A stretch of DNA of 63,117 bases, counting the filler, from Anaerolineae bacterium (lineage in GTDB: Bacteria > Chloroflexota > Anaerolineae > Epilineales > Epilineaceae): the NCBI GenBank assembly GCA_029262755.1. It is 6 parts of 6 records of this genome, joined end to end, with 100 filler letters (N's around TTAATTAATTAA, not from the genome) between each part and the next. Parts side by side here need not be neighbours in the genome. Positions count along the whole stretch, not along the records: positions 21,533 to 33,399 come from JAJCYU010000278.1; positions 33,500 to 46,722 come from JAJCYU010000279.1; 4 more parts are not named here. The stretch is one strand, 5' to 3'. Within the stretch, counting starts at the first letter, position 1. Each line of letters starts with the position of its first letter. Below the pieces are notes generated by a model that was not told the DNA's origin, did not search any database, and saw only the letters and a program-made list of their open reading frames with translations. The translations under genes and the position numbers were made by a program. Below are positions 31,339 to 42,500 of the stretch, piece after piece.

Positions 31339-33399
31339 GGGCCGCTCCCGGTCCTGAGGTGGACGGCCGCGAGGCCGAGGCTCAGCAAGCTGGTCAGGAT
31401 CCCGAGCATAACCGACGGCGGGCGGTAGGTCCATTCGATGCGCCAAGAACCCGCCGGCAACCACACGGCGGGCAGCACGCCGTAGGCCGCGAAGGGCGGT
31501 GGCCGTAGCACCTGTCCATCCGCTTCCGAAGCGCGAGCGTGCCAGCCTCCGCTGGGATCCCATGCACTCGACCACACGACCCACGCGCCTTCCGGCAGCA
31601 CGGCTTCGATGGCGGCTCGGCCAGGATCAAGGCCCACGAGCTGTACGCTGCCCACGACCCCGTCCATCCGCGGAGTGCACATATCGGCCTCCGGCCGATC
31701 GGTCCCGTTCGTCGATCTGCCGGACGCGCGTCCTTGTGGATCGACCACGACAACGGAAAGCGGGTCCAGATCCGCTTCCGGCAGCCAATCGGCAATCGGA
31801 GATACGCATCGTGTGGCGGGCGTAGTCCACACCGGCGGTGCGGGCAGGCCGATCTCGTAGAGTGTCCCCTCCGCGGCCACGTCGCTGAGCGGCGCAAGCA
31901 GGCCGGCTTCGGACTCGTTTGGTGGGCGCGTACGCAGAACGTAGCGCACACCGAGCAAGCGCCACCACGCGATCTCCGGGGCCTCGTCCACCAAACGCTG
32001 CACGCCGGCCAAGTGCAAGGGGCTATCGCCCGTCACGTCATAGAGCCCGTGCATCATCGCCGCGTTCGCGCCGCCGGGCAGCGCACCCTGGCTGCTCACG
32101 CGACCGTCCTTCGCGCGTTGCTCGAGCGCCGCCAGGATCGGCCCGCTTTGGGAAGTCGGGGCCGGCCACGGTCCCAGCGCGTGCCCTGTGTTGGCCGAGA
32201 GCAGGTCCAAGGCGCAGACGAGCACGAGCACCAGGCCGGTCGCGCGAACACGTGCGCCCCCGGTACGCTTCGGTCGACGCGTCACCAGCCAAGCGACGGC
32301 TATAGCGGAGAGCAGCGCCCAGAGCGCACCGTGTGCCATGGCATCGCGCATCGGCCAGTGGCCGGTGAGGGCGGCGCCTTCGAGCGGCACGAGCGTTCGC
32401 GCAGTAAGAACGCTAAGCACGACACCCACCGCTGCGAGCAGCCACGCGGGCAAGAGCTCGCCGTGCCTGCGGGCATCCTCGTCGCGCTTGTCGCGCGCCC
32501 GCAGCAGCGCCTCCGCGCTCAATCCCGCCGCCACCGCCAGTCCCAGGGCTACCAGCACGGCGGCGCGTTCCTGATGGCGGAAGGGCAACAGATCGGGGGC
32601 GACGGCAACAACCGCGGAGACGAGCGGCCCGTTGCCGCCGAGGCTCCACAACCAACCGACGCCTGCCAGCGCCGCCCAGTATCGGCTGGCCGGCGCGCGT
32701 ACGAGACCCCAGGCCACAAGTCCGAGGGGCAGTAGCCCCACATAGAGCGGAGACCAGCGGCTGAGGCCGTGCGGCGCCACCATCTGCGCGACGTCGGCAA
32801 TCGGAAGCCCGGCGAGTCGCTCCGCTCGGCTCAGCGCCCGCGCGGACACCTCGACAAAGCGCAAGGACGGTAGCCACTGCACGGCCGAAAGGCCGGCGGC
32901 CGCAACGAGCCACAATGCGGCGCCACGAGCCAGGGCGCCACGAGCAACGGTTGCGCGAGCAACCGTGGCGCGAGCAACCGTGGCGCGAGCCACGCCGGCT
33001 TGCGCTTTAGAGCGCGCCGGTCGGCCGCCGCGGACGAGCTCCGCGGTCAGCCACGCGGCGCCCGCCGCCATGCCGAAGGCGGTTGTCTGCGGATGTCCGG
33101 CCAAGAGCGACAGCGCCGTCGCGCCGGCGGCCGAGAGCGCGCCGCGTCGACGAAGTATCTGATCGCGGCCTCGTGTCGCGATGACAAGTCCCCACAGGAT
33201 GCCCGGCAGCCATGCTGCGGAGTCGAGCACCGCGAGCTGGTCGACGGGATAGCCCGTGAGAAAGCTGGAGAGCGCAAACGTCACGCCCGCCAGCAGCGCC
33301 GCGGACCGGCGACCGCCGAGGGCGCGGGCGAGCCCGTAGGTCAGTGCGCCGGCCAACGCCAAATGAGCGACGGCCTCCGCGACGAGGGCGACGAGGGGC
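31308..33399 (-). CDS. YfhO-like polytopic membrane protein (GT-C-like glycosyltransferase), 5' truncated
   Basis: AWLP, LLAGHPQ, LSAVQWLP, LYVG, PFRHQER, LLGVRYV, GWHAR, YRP motifs. Confidence 0.75.
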
Positions 33400-33499
33400 N
33401 NNNNNNNNNNNNNNNNNNNNNNNNNNNNNNNNNNNNNNNNNNNTTAATTAATTAANNNNNNNNNNNNNNNNNNNNNNNNNNNNNNNNNNNNNNNNNNNN
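33400..33499. other. Artificial contig linker
   Basis: N-run, TTAATTAATTAA, N-run. Confidence 0.99.
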
Positions 33500-34276
33500 C
33501 CACGCAGCCACGCGGAACTCGGGCGCAGCGTAGCGCTCCGCCGCGGCGCGAATAAACGCACTCCACGCCGCCTCGGACTGCGCCACCGGCTCCTGATAAC
33601 CGAAACCGCATCGGTACACCAACGCCCACGACGGATAGTCAACGACGCTGATCACCACATCCATGCCCGCGCGCGCATAGTCTGCGATGTGTTGATCCGC
33701 CTCCGCCCAGTCGTACACCGGGGGATCGTGACGCTCGGCTTCGATCTCCGACCAGTGGATATGCGTACGGATCGATCGAAGCCCCGCGCCGCGGGCCCGC
33801 GGCAGCTCGATGATCGTGTTCTCGCGGTGGCGGGTAGGATCGGCCTCCATCGCGAACTGGGTGCCCCACCAGCGCGTCGCTTCCCACGCGCCAGGCGCCC
33901 TGCGCGTTCCCCACGGCAGGAAGACGGATTCGCCGGCCGATCCGGTTGGCGTCGCCGTTCCCTCCGTGATCGCGGTGCTCGTAGCGGTCATCGTGGCCGC
34001 AGGCGTGCTGGTTTGACTGGCCGCGGTCGTCACGGTGGCGCTCGGTGCCGCGGTCATCGAGGCGACGGCCGTCACCGTCGCGCCAACGGTCGCTGTCACC
34101 GGCGCGCTCGGCGTCGTGGTGCTCAACACGCGCCCGGCCCTGTCCACGCCACCGGACGCAAGCGGGCTATCCTCGCTAGGACGCGAGCGCGCCACGAAGA
34201 GTGCCGTTCCAGCAACCAGCAGCAGCAACAAACCCCATGCGGCGGGAATCCAGGCTCGACGGGCATTCGGGTTCAC
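33500..34276 (-). CDS. Secreted clan GH-A-like glycoside hydrolase, 3' truncated
   Basis: TM anchor, Thr/Ala-rich linker, IRTHIHWSEIE..YDWAEAD..DYPSWA; paralog of the neighbouring gene. Confidence 0.7.
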
Positions 34277-34513
34277 GGGAACTCACCTCGGGGAGACGTC
34301 GGAGGGCTCGGCTGGTACGCGGGCGGCTGTTTCGATCGGTCGGTATCCGAGTCTCGGTGCCCATTTCCCAACAGACACGTTCGAAGCGCGACCAACGTGG
34401 CGGGCGTCGTGGCCCACAGGTCGTGGACGGAGCGAGACCGATTCCGGTTACGGTCGTGCGAATCGCGGCGCAGGGAATTCGGCGGAGGTGTAGGAAGCGT
34501 GGAGGGAGGGCGA

Positions 34514-36109
34514 CTACGGTGCGCGGAGCGAATGCACGAACGTCACGGCCGGCTCGAGCACGACGCGGTAGCGACCATCGCGCGCCACGATGCGACGTAG
34601 CACCGGCTCCCACGGCAACGCGGGCTCAGCGCCGGGCTCGAAGTAGACCTTGTCAATGGGTTCGCTCGGATCGGCGCCGGGCGGAACCGCGAAGGAAACG
34701 TAGCCCTTGTCCCCGGTTGTCGACCACGCGATCCACGTCTCGTCGCGTACGCCTCGAAAGCGGAAGGCTTCGCTGCCGGGGCGGGATGCGATTCGGACCG
34801 ACCGGTCGGCTGCGTGTTCGAGCACATGGCGCAAAGCATGCCATGCAGGCTTGGGATCCCCAGCCGCGGTGACGAGCCCCGGATCCGTCGCCCACCCTTC
34901 ATCGTCTTCGTGTTCCTCCGGATCACGCCAGCCATGCCAATACATCCGGCGAAGGCCCGCGGTCGAGGCCAGACGAACGAGATCCTGGGTCACCGTATGG
35001 AATTGAGTCGCGTAGGAATCGGCGACAAAGCGCGGATCCCGCTCCGTGTACTGCCCCGTTTCGGTCAACCACAGGGGCAACTCGACCCGCGCGTTGCCCA
35101 GGATGCGCTCGATATGCCCGGCCTCCTCGACACCATCACCGGCTTGTGGCTCCCACCGGTACGCGATGGCATCGACGGCCTCCTCACCACCGTGGCCAAG
35201 GAAGGTCGCAAGAAATTGAGGGTCGTGATCCAGCGGCAGCGATTCGATGCTCATCGTGCCCGGCACGACGAGGGCCTGCGGGCTTGCAGCGCGCACTGCA
35301 TGCGCGCCGAGGGTGACAAACTGCGCGTACTCCTTAGCGAGCTCTCCCCAACAACCGCGTTCGGGTTCTGTCGGCTGATCCCTTCCGCGCTCCGGCCTTC
35401 GCTCGGCGTCATCCGCTTCCACCGTGGACTCGCCATCCGGCTCGTTGCCTAGCTCCCAGATCGCTACCTGCCCGCGGTACCGTTTCGCGGCCGCGGACAT
35501 CAGCCGCACCCAGGCATCATCCCCGCCTTCCAGCAGACCACCACCGCATCGATACCGGCTGGCCCACGCCGGATAGTCCACGACGACAACGTGCAACTCG
35601 TAGCCACGCCGCGCGAGCACACGCAGGCGCGCGTCGGTCGTCGCCCAGCGGAAGTCGCCCGCTTCCGGCTCGATGTCGCGCCATCGAACCGGCACCCGAA
35701 GGGACGTCACGCCGAGGGCATCGATGTGATCCAGCTCCGCCTCGAGATGCCCGTCGGACCACACGCCGTCGTTCCACGGCAGGCTGACGCCAAGGCGGGC
35801 GGATCCAAGGCGCTTGCCCGCCGGTGTGACGGCACTCGCGGCGCCGTCCCGCAGCGCCAACGGCAACTGGATCTGCGCGCGCCGTGTCCCCCACCACGCC
35901 GTGGCCGTGGCGGTCGGAGTCGAGGGATCCAGCGGAACGGGTGTGGGCAGGATGGGGGTCGGGTTTTGCGCGGCAACGCGCGACGTACCGGCCCCCAACG
36001 TGCCAGATCGAACGCCCATGATCGCGAAGGAAATCCCACCCGCCAACCCAAGTGCGACGAGCGCGGCAACGATGGTCGACGTCACCCACGAAGGGCTAGC
36101 CGGCATCAT
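34514..36109 (-). CDS. Secreted clan GH-A glycoside hydrolase (GH5/GH39-like)
   Basis: RWRDIEP, DYPAWA, WELGNEPD (acid/base Glu), LWLTETG (nucleophile Glu); start overlaps the proline dehydrogenase stop. Confidence 0.8.
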   Translation of the reverse strand: MMPASPSWVTSTIVAALVALGLAGGISFAIMGVRSGTLGAGTSRVAAQNPTPILPTPVPLDPSTPTATATAWWGTRRAQIQLPLALRDGAASAVTPAGKRLGSARLGVSLPWNDGVWSDGHLEAELDHIDALGVTSLRVPVRWRDIEPEAGDFRWATTDARLRVLARRGYELHVVVVDYPAWASRYRCGGGLLEGGDDAWVRLMSAAAKRYRGQVAIWELGNEPDGESTVEADDAERRPERGRDQPTEPERGCWGELAKEYAQFVTLGAHAVRAASPQALVVPGTMSIESLPLDHDPQFLATFLGHGGEEAVDAIAYRWEPQAGDGVEEAGHIERILGNARVELPLWLTETGQYTERDPRFVADSYATQFHTVTQDLVRLASTAGLRRMYWHGWRDPEEHEDDEGWATDPGLVTAAGDPKPAWHALRHVLEHAADRSVRIASRPGSEAFRFRGVRDETWIAWSTTGDKGYVSFAVPPGADPSEPIDKVYFEPGAEPALPWEPVLRRIVARDGRYRVVLEPAVTFVHSLRAP

Positions 36110-37041
36110 CGCTCGCCGATGACCGCCCGCACTACGAAGGCCACGTTTTCCGGCCGTTCCGCGAGGCGCCGCATGAAGTAGGGATACCATTGGTCGCCGT
36201 AGGGCACGTAGATCCGAACACGGTAGCCGTCGGCAACGAGCTGCCGCTGCAGGTCCCGCCGCACCCCAAAGAGCATCTGAAACTCGAAGGCGTCGCGCGG
36301 AATCCCTTGCGTTGCGGTGTAATCCTTGGCCCAATCGATGATCGTAGCGTCGTGCGTGCCGAGTGCGGTGTACACGCCGGCCGCGCGCGCGTCCTCGCGC
36401 AGAAGGCGCTGGGTTTGGCGCCGCATGGCCTCGTCCACGTCCGCCTTCTCCGGGTAGGCGATCTCGGAGGGCTCGAGATAGGCGCCCTTGACCAGGCGCA
36501 CGCCCGCGCCGAGCGCGGCCAACCGCTCGATGTCCGCATCCGAGCGGAAGAGGTAGGTCTGGATGACGATGCCGAGATTGCGATAGCGTTCAAAGAGCCG
36601 GTAAAAGATCGAGAGCGTTGTCTCGGTGTAGGCGGAGGCTTCCATGTCGATTCGAACATAAACCGGCGGCTCTTTGGCCGCCGCATGGGCAACAACTCGC
36701 TCGAGCAGCCCCTCGGTGTCCGCCGCGTCGATATCAAGACCCAAGGCCGTGAGCTTCAACGAGACGCCCGAACGCAATCCATCCTCACGGATGCGGTCGA
36801 TAGCCTCCACGTAGGCCGCCACGTTGGATTCGGCCTCGGCCGGCACGGTGACGTTTTCGCCGAGGTGATCCAAGGTCGCGCTCAGGCCTTCTTCGTTGAG
36901 GCCTTGAATCACGGCAACTGCCTCTTCGACGGTTCGGCCGGCCACGAATCGGTTGGCCGCGGACCAGGCGAAGCGATTCGTGGTCATGAAGCGGCCCAAA
37001 CCACGCGAACGGGACATGGCAAGCAGCACCTGTCGCATCAT
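36106..37041 (-). CDS. Monofunctional proline dehydrogenase
   Basis: RFVAG, LDHLGE, SLKLTALG, RIDME, RLVKGAYLE, THD, EFQMLFGVR, YVPYG..WYPYFMRRLAERP. Confidence 0.95.
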   Translation of the reverse strand: MMRQVLLAMSRSRGLGRFMTTNRFAWSAANRFVAGRTVEEAVAVIQGLNEEGLSATLDHLGENVTVPAEAESNVAAYVEAIDRIREDGLRSGVSLKLTALGLDIDAADTEGLLERVVAHAAAKEPPVYVRIDMEASAYTETTLSIFYRLFERYRNLGIVIQTYLFRSDADIERLAALGAGVRLVKGAYLEPSEIAYPEKADVDEAMRRQTQRLLREDARAAGVYTALGTHDATIIDWAKDYTATQGIPRDAFEFQMLFGVRRDLQRQLVADGYRVRIYVPYGDQWYPYFMRRLAERPENVAFVVRAVIGER

Positions 37042-38213
37042 CAGTCGGAGGACTCCTCGGGCATGACCATCCATTGCTCGGGAGCCTCGGCCGCTGCCGC
37101 CCGCTCCGCGCCGGCGCCCACCGTGTGGGCGATGATATGACCCACGCCGCGTAGGAGCCGACGCCCGTAATATATCGGCAGCCTCCAGCCTCCGCCAATC
37201 CCGTACCAGCCCTTCATATAGCCTTGATCCGGTAGTAGATGGGACCGTATGAACCGTGCACGCGCACCAATTCCGCGTATGCCGCGCAGGTCGCTTAGCA
37301 GCCGCGCGCCTTCTGCTCCGACGCTCGCGCGAGCACGAACGCGCGCATGCGCCGCATCAAGCTCCGGGCTCACCGGTCGCGGCGACCACGCCGCGGGAAT
37401 TGGGGTAGCGAACCAATGCGCCGCGGCCCGCAACGCGTCGACCAGCGACGGCGCAAGACCCGACTCGGTCGCACGCTCGCCGAGCACGCGCCATGTCTCG
37501 TCGTCGTCGCCCATGGCGCGTCGGACCAAACGGTCGATGTCGGATACCCAAATGAGCCGCTCCGAGCGCGCGTGCTGCAATACCAGGTGTGCCGCCAGGT
37601 GCAGGAGGCCGTCCACCGGTTCCAACGCGCGCGCTCCCTCCAAGGGCGCAGGCAGCATGACCGAACGCGCGTACAGCTCGGACCAGGGAAGGCTGCGGTC
37701 GAAGGGCGGGGAAGCGAGCAAGCGCCGGTGAAGTTCCACGATGACGGGGACGCTCGCCGGGCCCACGCGGGTGAACGTCCAATGATGGATCCACTCCGGT
37801 GCTTCCTCAACGGAGCGTTGGAATCCGAGCCCCTGTAACACGCCCGATGCAACGTCCATGGATCGCGGGTCGGTGAGCAGGTCGAGGTCGCCGAAGGGGC
37901 GCTCGGACAATCCAGCGTAGACACTGCTAGCAAGCGCCGGCCCCTTCAGGACGAGCACGGGTAATCCATGCCTATCGAAGGCGCTCAGCACCTCGCGTAG
38001 CACCGCCACCTGGAGTGCCCCGTGCGCGGCCACGGCGCGCGCCCCATGGGCGGCCGCGTCGGCTACGCCAGGTGGCAGGTCCGCTCCCGCGGACGCACGC
38101 GCATGGAGGAGCCCGAGCACACCATGGGCGTCCAGCTGGACGAGCAGCGTTCGCAGCCCTTCCGCGTCAAGCGTCGGCCATGGGTCGGGCGCCACGTCTT
38201 CACCGCGCAACAC
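37041..38213 (-). CDS. Nucleotidyltransferase, NTP_transf_5-like family
   Basis: VLKGPALA..Y...RPFGDLDLL, VELH, LLHLAAH, W..DI. Start uncertain. Confidence 0.85.
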   Translation of the reverse strand: MLRGEDVAPDPWPTLDAEGLRTLLVQLDAHGVLGLLHARASAGADLPPGVADAAAHGARAVAAHGALQVAVLREVLSAFDRHGLPVLVLKGPALASSVYAGLSERPFGDLDLLTDPRSMDVASGVLQGLGFQRSVEEAPEWIHHWTFTRVGPASVPVIVELHRRLLASPPFDRSLPWSELYARSVMLPAPLEGARALEPVDGLLHLAAHLVLQHARSERLIWVSDIDRLVRRAMGDDDETWRVLGERATESGLAPSLVDALRAAAHWFATPIPAAWSPRPVSPELDAAHARVRARASVGAEGARLLSDLRGIRGIGARARFIRSHLLPDQGYMKGWYGIGGGWRLPIYYGRRLLRGVGHIIAHTVGAGAERAAAAEAPEQWMVMPEESSD

Positions 38214-38281
38214 GGCACGGAGGGATCGGGCGACGGCGGCATCGAAGCGCCGCCCATCTCCGCTAGACGGTTTCTTTCGCG

Positions 38282-38608
38282 CTATGAGCGCAGCACCAAC
38301 GCGGCCTCGACAAGCTCCAAGATCAGGGCTTCGAGATCGCGCGCAAGCACATCCGGCTCGGCGTCGAACTCCGATTGCAACGTATCGACGACGGCAGCGG
38401 CGTCCGGTAGCTCAAGACAGAGGTCGAGCATGCGCGTGCCGATGGCGTCCAGTCCGAAGTACGTTCCGCTTCGCAAATCGAGCATGACGGTCTCATCGGA
38501 TACATGCTCGAGAATCACATCAGACGGGATCGAGAGATACGCACCCGGCGCAGCCGTGTCATGCGCCCCGTCCGCGGGTGGCAGGGTCGCGGGTATCTTT
38601 TCACTCAT
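38282..38608 (-). CDS. PqqD-family RiPP recognition element (lasso B1-like)
   Basis: ETVMLDLRSGTYFGLDAIGTRM...LQSEFD...LARDLEALILELVEAALV. Confidence 0.9.
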   Translation of the reverse strand: MSEKIPATLPPADGAHDTAAPGAYLSIPSDVILEHVSDETVMLDLRSGTYFGLDAIGTRMLDLCLELPDAAAVVDTLQSEFDAEPDVLARDLEALILELVEAALVLRS

Positions 38609-39153
38609 GACTGGTCTCCGCGGCTGCTTGGCGGTGCTTCTCGAAACTTCGCGGCACGGCGCAGGGTGGTGAAGCGCTCCGATACGTCGTCGCTGTCCCC
38701 CAATACGTCCCCGCAGCACTCTACCCACGCGTGCGCATCAATGCCCGGTGTGATGCCACCCCCGACCCCGCTCGCGCCGGCCGGACGCACACCGATCCGA
38801 ATCTCCGCGGGAAATCCGCGCGCACGTAGCAATCGCTCGAGCACGAGAGCGCGTGGCAGGCAATGAGCCTCTGGAAGCGGCCACGTGTTGCGAGCGGCAA
38901 CCTCGACAGCCCAAGCCGATCGTCGTGCAACCGCGGGGTCATACGCTTCGGTCGTGGGTGGCAGACCCCACGCCAATAACGCGCGAAGACGCAGATAGGG
39001 TAGAAGCCGCAAACCTGCACGCACGGCCAACAGCCACCACGCGGCGACCCCAACACGGGCCAAAGCAACGGGTGAGGCAGTCACGGCGCGGCCTACTTTG
39101 CGGACAATGGTGCCGGGGCGAGCCGAAGGGGGGGGCGCTCCATTGGAGTCCAT
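38605..39153 (-). CDS. Lasso peptide B2-like transglutaminase-fold peptidase
   Basis: CLPRAL...IGV...AHAWVE...GD (Cys and His catalytic motifs). Confidence 0.9.
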   Translation of the reverse strand: MDSNGAPPPSARPGTIVRKVGRAVTASPVALARVGVAAWWLLAVRAGLRLLPYLRLRALLAWGLPPTTEAYDPAVARRSAWAVEVAARNTWPLPEAHCLPRALVLERLLRARGFPAEIRIGVRPAGASGVGGGITPGIDAHAWVECCGDVLGDSDDVSERFTTLRRAAKFREAPPSSRGDQS

Positions 39154-39255
39154 GAGGCCGCAAGTATACCGGCCGGAGCATTCGGACCCGAACTCCAGAC
39201 GGCCGGGGCAACCGCGGCGCCATGCTATGATGGCCGCCCCTCCAGGAGGCAGCAG

Positions 39256-39552
39256 ATGCCGAGTATTCCCCCTTGTTTGGACGCGCCTTCCCTAGCCTCC
39301 GCACTCGCCGAACTCGATGGCTGGGAGCAGCGCGACGACGCCCTGCACAGCGAGTTCGTGTTCGCCGACTTTGTGGCGGCCTTTGCGTTCATGAGCGGCG
39401 CCGCGTTGTGCGCCGAGCGCGCGAACCACCATCCGGATTGGTCGAACAGCTATCGGACGGTGCGCGTCGCGCTGCGAACACACGAGGCGGACGGCATCAC
39501 GAGCAATGACGTTTCTCTTGCGCGCGAGATGAACCGGCTCGCCGGCCGCTGA
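39256..39552 (+). CDS. Pterin-4-alpha-carbinolamine dehydratase
   Basis: FVFADFVAAFAFM, NHHPDWSN, THEADGIT..D. Confidence 0.93.
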   Translation: MPSIPPCLDAPSLASALAELDGWEQRDDALHSEFVFADFVAAFAFMSGAALCAERANHHPDWSNSYRTVRVALRTHEADGITSNDVSLAREMNRLAGR

Positions 39553-39554
39553 CG

Positions 39555-42500
39555 ATGCGTATCGCCGTGCCGCGCGCCGGTGCGAGGCCCGAATGTAGGC
39601 GGACTGCGATCCGGTGCTCCGCGCTTTGGTTGAGGATGGGAGCTCTGGCGCTTGTCATTGCCTCCGGCGCATCGTCCGGAGCCGGTGAACTCGCACGCGG
39701 GCGAGCCGGCTTGCTGCCACCCACTGGCCCCGACGCACACGTCGTCGTCGCTGCGCACGTCGTGGTTCAGGGTACGGCCGTGGCGCAGGCCTTGCGCGAA
39801 CGTCTCGGCGAAGCGGTTCAGCGGCCATTGGATGCTGCGGATTGGCGCGCGTTGGCCGATACCAACCGAGCCGCGTTGAACGACCTTGATGCGGCGGCCG
39901 CCCTTCGCATCGACCAGGTCGCGAAGGCAGCGGAGCGCCTCGGACTACGCGTCGACGCACGCTACCGGACGGTGACACTCGGGCTGCTCGTCGTGGGCGA
40001 GTCTGGAGCGGTCGAGGCCCTGCGCTCCGAAGCACTCGTGCTGGATGTGGCGCCCGCCCCACGCGTCCGGCCGGCGCTGGAAATCTCTGCGCACGAGGTC
40101 GGCGCGCGGCGTATGCAGTCGCTCGCCGATCTCGATGGCTCTGGAAGCGTCATCGCCGTGATCGATACGGGGATTGATTACACCCATGCCGAACTAGGTG
40201 GGCCAGGCGAGCTCGGCGCCTGGCAGGCGGCCACGAATTCCGTAGACGCGATCAGCGAGACATGGGGCGGGCTGCCGCTGTTTCCCACCGAGCGCGTGAT
40301 CGGCGGCCATGACTTCGCCGGGTTCGACTACGCGGCTCCGATCGATTGTGCCCGCATCGAGCCGGCCGAATGCGCTCCACGACCGGACCCCGACCCGATC
40401 GAGGAGCCGCCGGAGCGGATCGTTGGCGCGACCGCCAGCGGGCACGGCACCCACGTCGCGTCGATCGCGGCCGGGACACGCGGCGTCGCGCCGGGTGCGC
40501 GGCTCGTCGCGCTCAAGATCTTCGGCGCGCCGCTTGCGGGCAGCGACCTCGTCCCGTCGGCGATGGAGTGGGTCGCACGCGCGAACCTAGGCTTGTCGGT
40601 CCCCAACGAACCGCCTGCGAGCATCGACGTGCTCAACTTGAGCCTCGGCGAGCTATATCCCGGGCCGGCACTTCGTATCTTGGACAGGTTCGTGGACGAA
40701 CTCGTCGGTCTGGGCGTCACGGTGGTCGCGGCGGCGGGCAACGACGGGGGACGACCGTTCTCGATCCTCGCACCGGCGGCCAGCCCACGCGCGCTGGCGG
40801 TCGGCAGCGTGGAGAACGGCCCCCTCCGCGTCCAGGTCCAGACCCTCCAACCGTCCGGGATGGCCGACATCGTCGGCGTGGAGGCGGCATTCAGTCTTCC
40901 TCTCGCTGATCTTGGTGTTTGGTCCGCACCGCTCGTCGCGGTCGAGAGCCCTTGCGCTCCGGTCGCCTCGTTGGACAATTCGGTGGCCCTGGTATCGCGC
41001 GGGGCTTGCACGGACTCGCAGATGGCTCGGCGGCTGCAGGAGGCCGGTGCATCCGCCGTGCTGGTCGAACGGGCATCCGGGCGAGCACAGCGAATCGTGG
41101 GCGGTGACGCCGGGGTCAACGTGCCGGTTCTCGAGATCGAAGGCAGCGCCGCGCAACCGTGGCGAGATCGGATGGCACAGGGATCGCGCGTGACGATAGG
41201 CTTCGATCCCGCGTCCTCGCAGGGGTCGCGAGGGCCGTCCGACTTTGCGGCGCGCGGCCCGGCGGCGACCGGTCTGCTCAAACCCGATATTGCCGCACCC
41301 GGCAGGCGTATTCAGGCAGCACGGGCCGGCTCCGGCTCGGGAACGCGGGCGATCTCCGGCAGCTCCATGGCCGCGCCCCATGCAGCGGGCGTCGCGGCGG
41401 CCCTGCGCCAACAGGCGCGCATAGCCGGGTGGGCGCTTGCCCCGGACGACCTGGCCGCGCAGATTCAGACCACCTCCCGCCCGCCGCTCCACCGGGCTGC
41501 TGCGGATCCAGCCGGCGGCGAGCGTACGCCGGTCCGGGTCGGCGCCGGCCTGCTCGCGGCCGATCGCGCGGCGGCGGCGCGGCTCGTCATCCGGGCGGGA
41601 GGCTTGGCCGCTCTCGACTTTGGGTCGCGAGCCGTGGCGGCGCGTGACGGCGAGACCGTGACCGTTTCGCAAACCGTCCTCATTCGAAATCCATCGGATA
41701 CGCCGCGCCGCGTCTACGTGGAGGCGGTCGTAGATCACGACCTCAACGGCGCCGTTCGGACCGGAACCGTGGGCGAAGCGCATTGGGTAGCCGCGCGGGG
41801 ATCGTTGTCGATTCCGATTACGCTTACGCTGGATGGTGCGCGCCTGCCGGTGCCCGATGCCATCGAATCACCCCGCCTCGCACCGGGGATGCTGGCGGAA
41901 CGCGAAGCCTTCGGTCGCGTGTTCGTTCGGTCGATCCCCGGCGACGACGGCCGCGCGGTCGTGGAACCGGAGCATTCGGTTCCCATCTTCATCCGACTAC
42001 GACGGGCCGCGCGGATCTCGGTCGCGGAGACGGGCGGCTCCGGGGCGAACGGCGCCGAACGGACGCCAACGATTCGCCTGATCAATCAAGGTGGAGCGCC
42101 GGGGTCCGTCACGGTGATGGCACGCGCGGCGGTCGCACCGCAAGGTTGGCGGGTGGGAGCTCGTTGGAATGCGCCGGAGAACTCCACCGCGTTCCTCGAA
42201 TTGGTCCTTGCGAGCGCGCACGGCCGGCCGACTCCATGGCACCACATGCCCCTGCTCTGGATCGATGTCGACGGCGACCGCAGGGCGGACCTCCACGCGA
42301 CGCTCGAGGAAGCGTTCGTAAAGGTCGCGGGCGAAGCCTATGCCACCCACACGACGCTCTCCCTCCATCTGCGCGCATGGAGCGCCGTGCGCGGGCCGTT
42401 TGGGCCGGCGGCCACCGTGTCCGTCGACGTGCGTCCCGACGCACAGTGGCTGCGTTTGCGGATTCCGGTTGCCGCCTTGGGCCTGGACACGCCCGACGAC

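Noticed and set aside
32938..32995. 15-bp tandem repeat (ARATV x3) in the YfhO-like gene
   Set aside because: In-frame low-complexity loop expansion with no sign of phase variation.
37041..39255. Complete lasso peptide cluster
   Set aside because: No cyclase and no precursor ORF recognisable on the contig.
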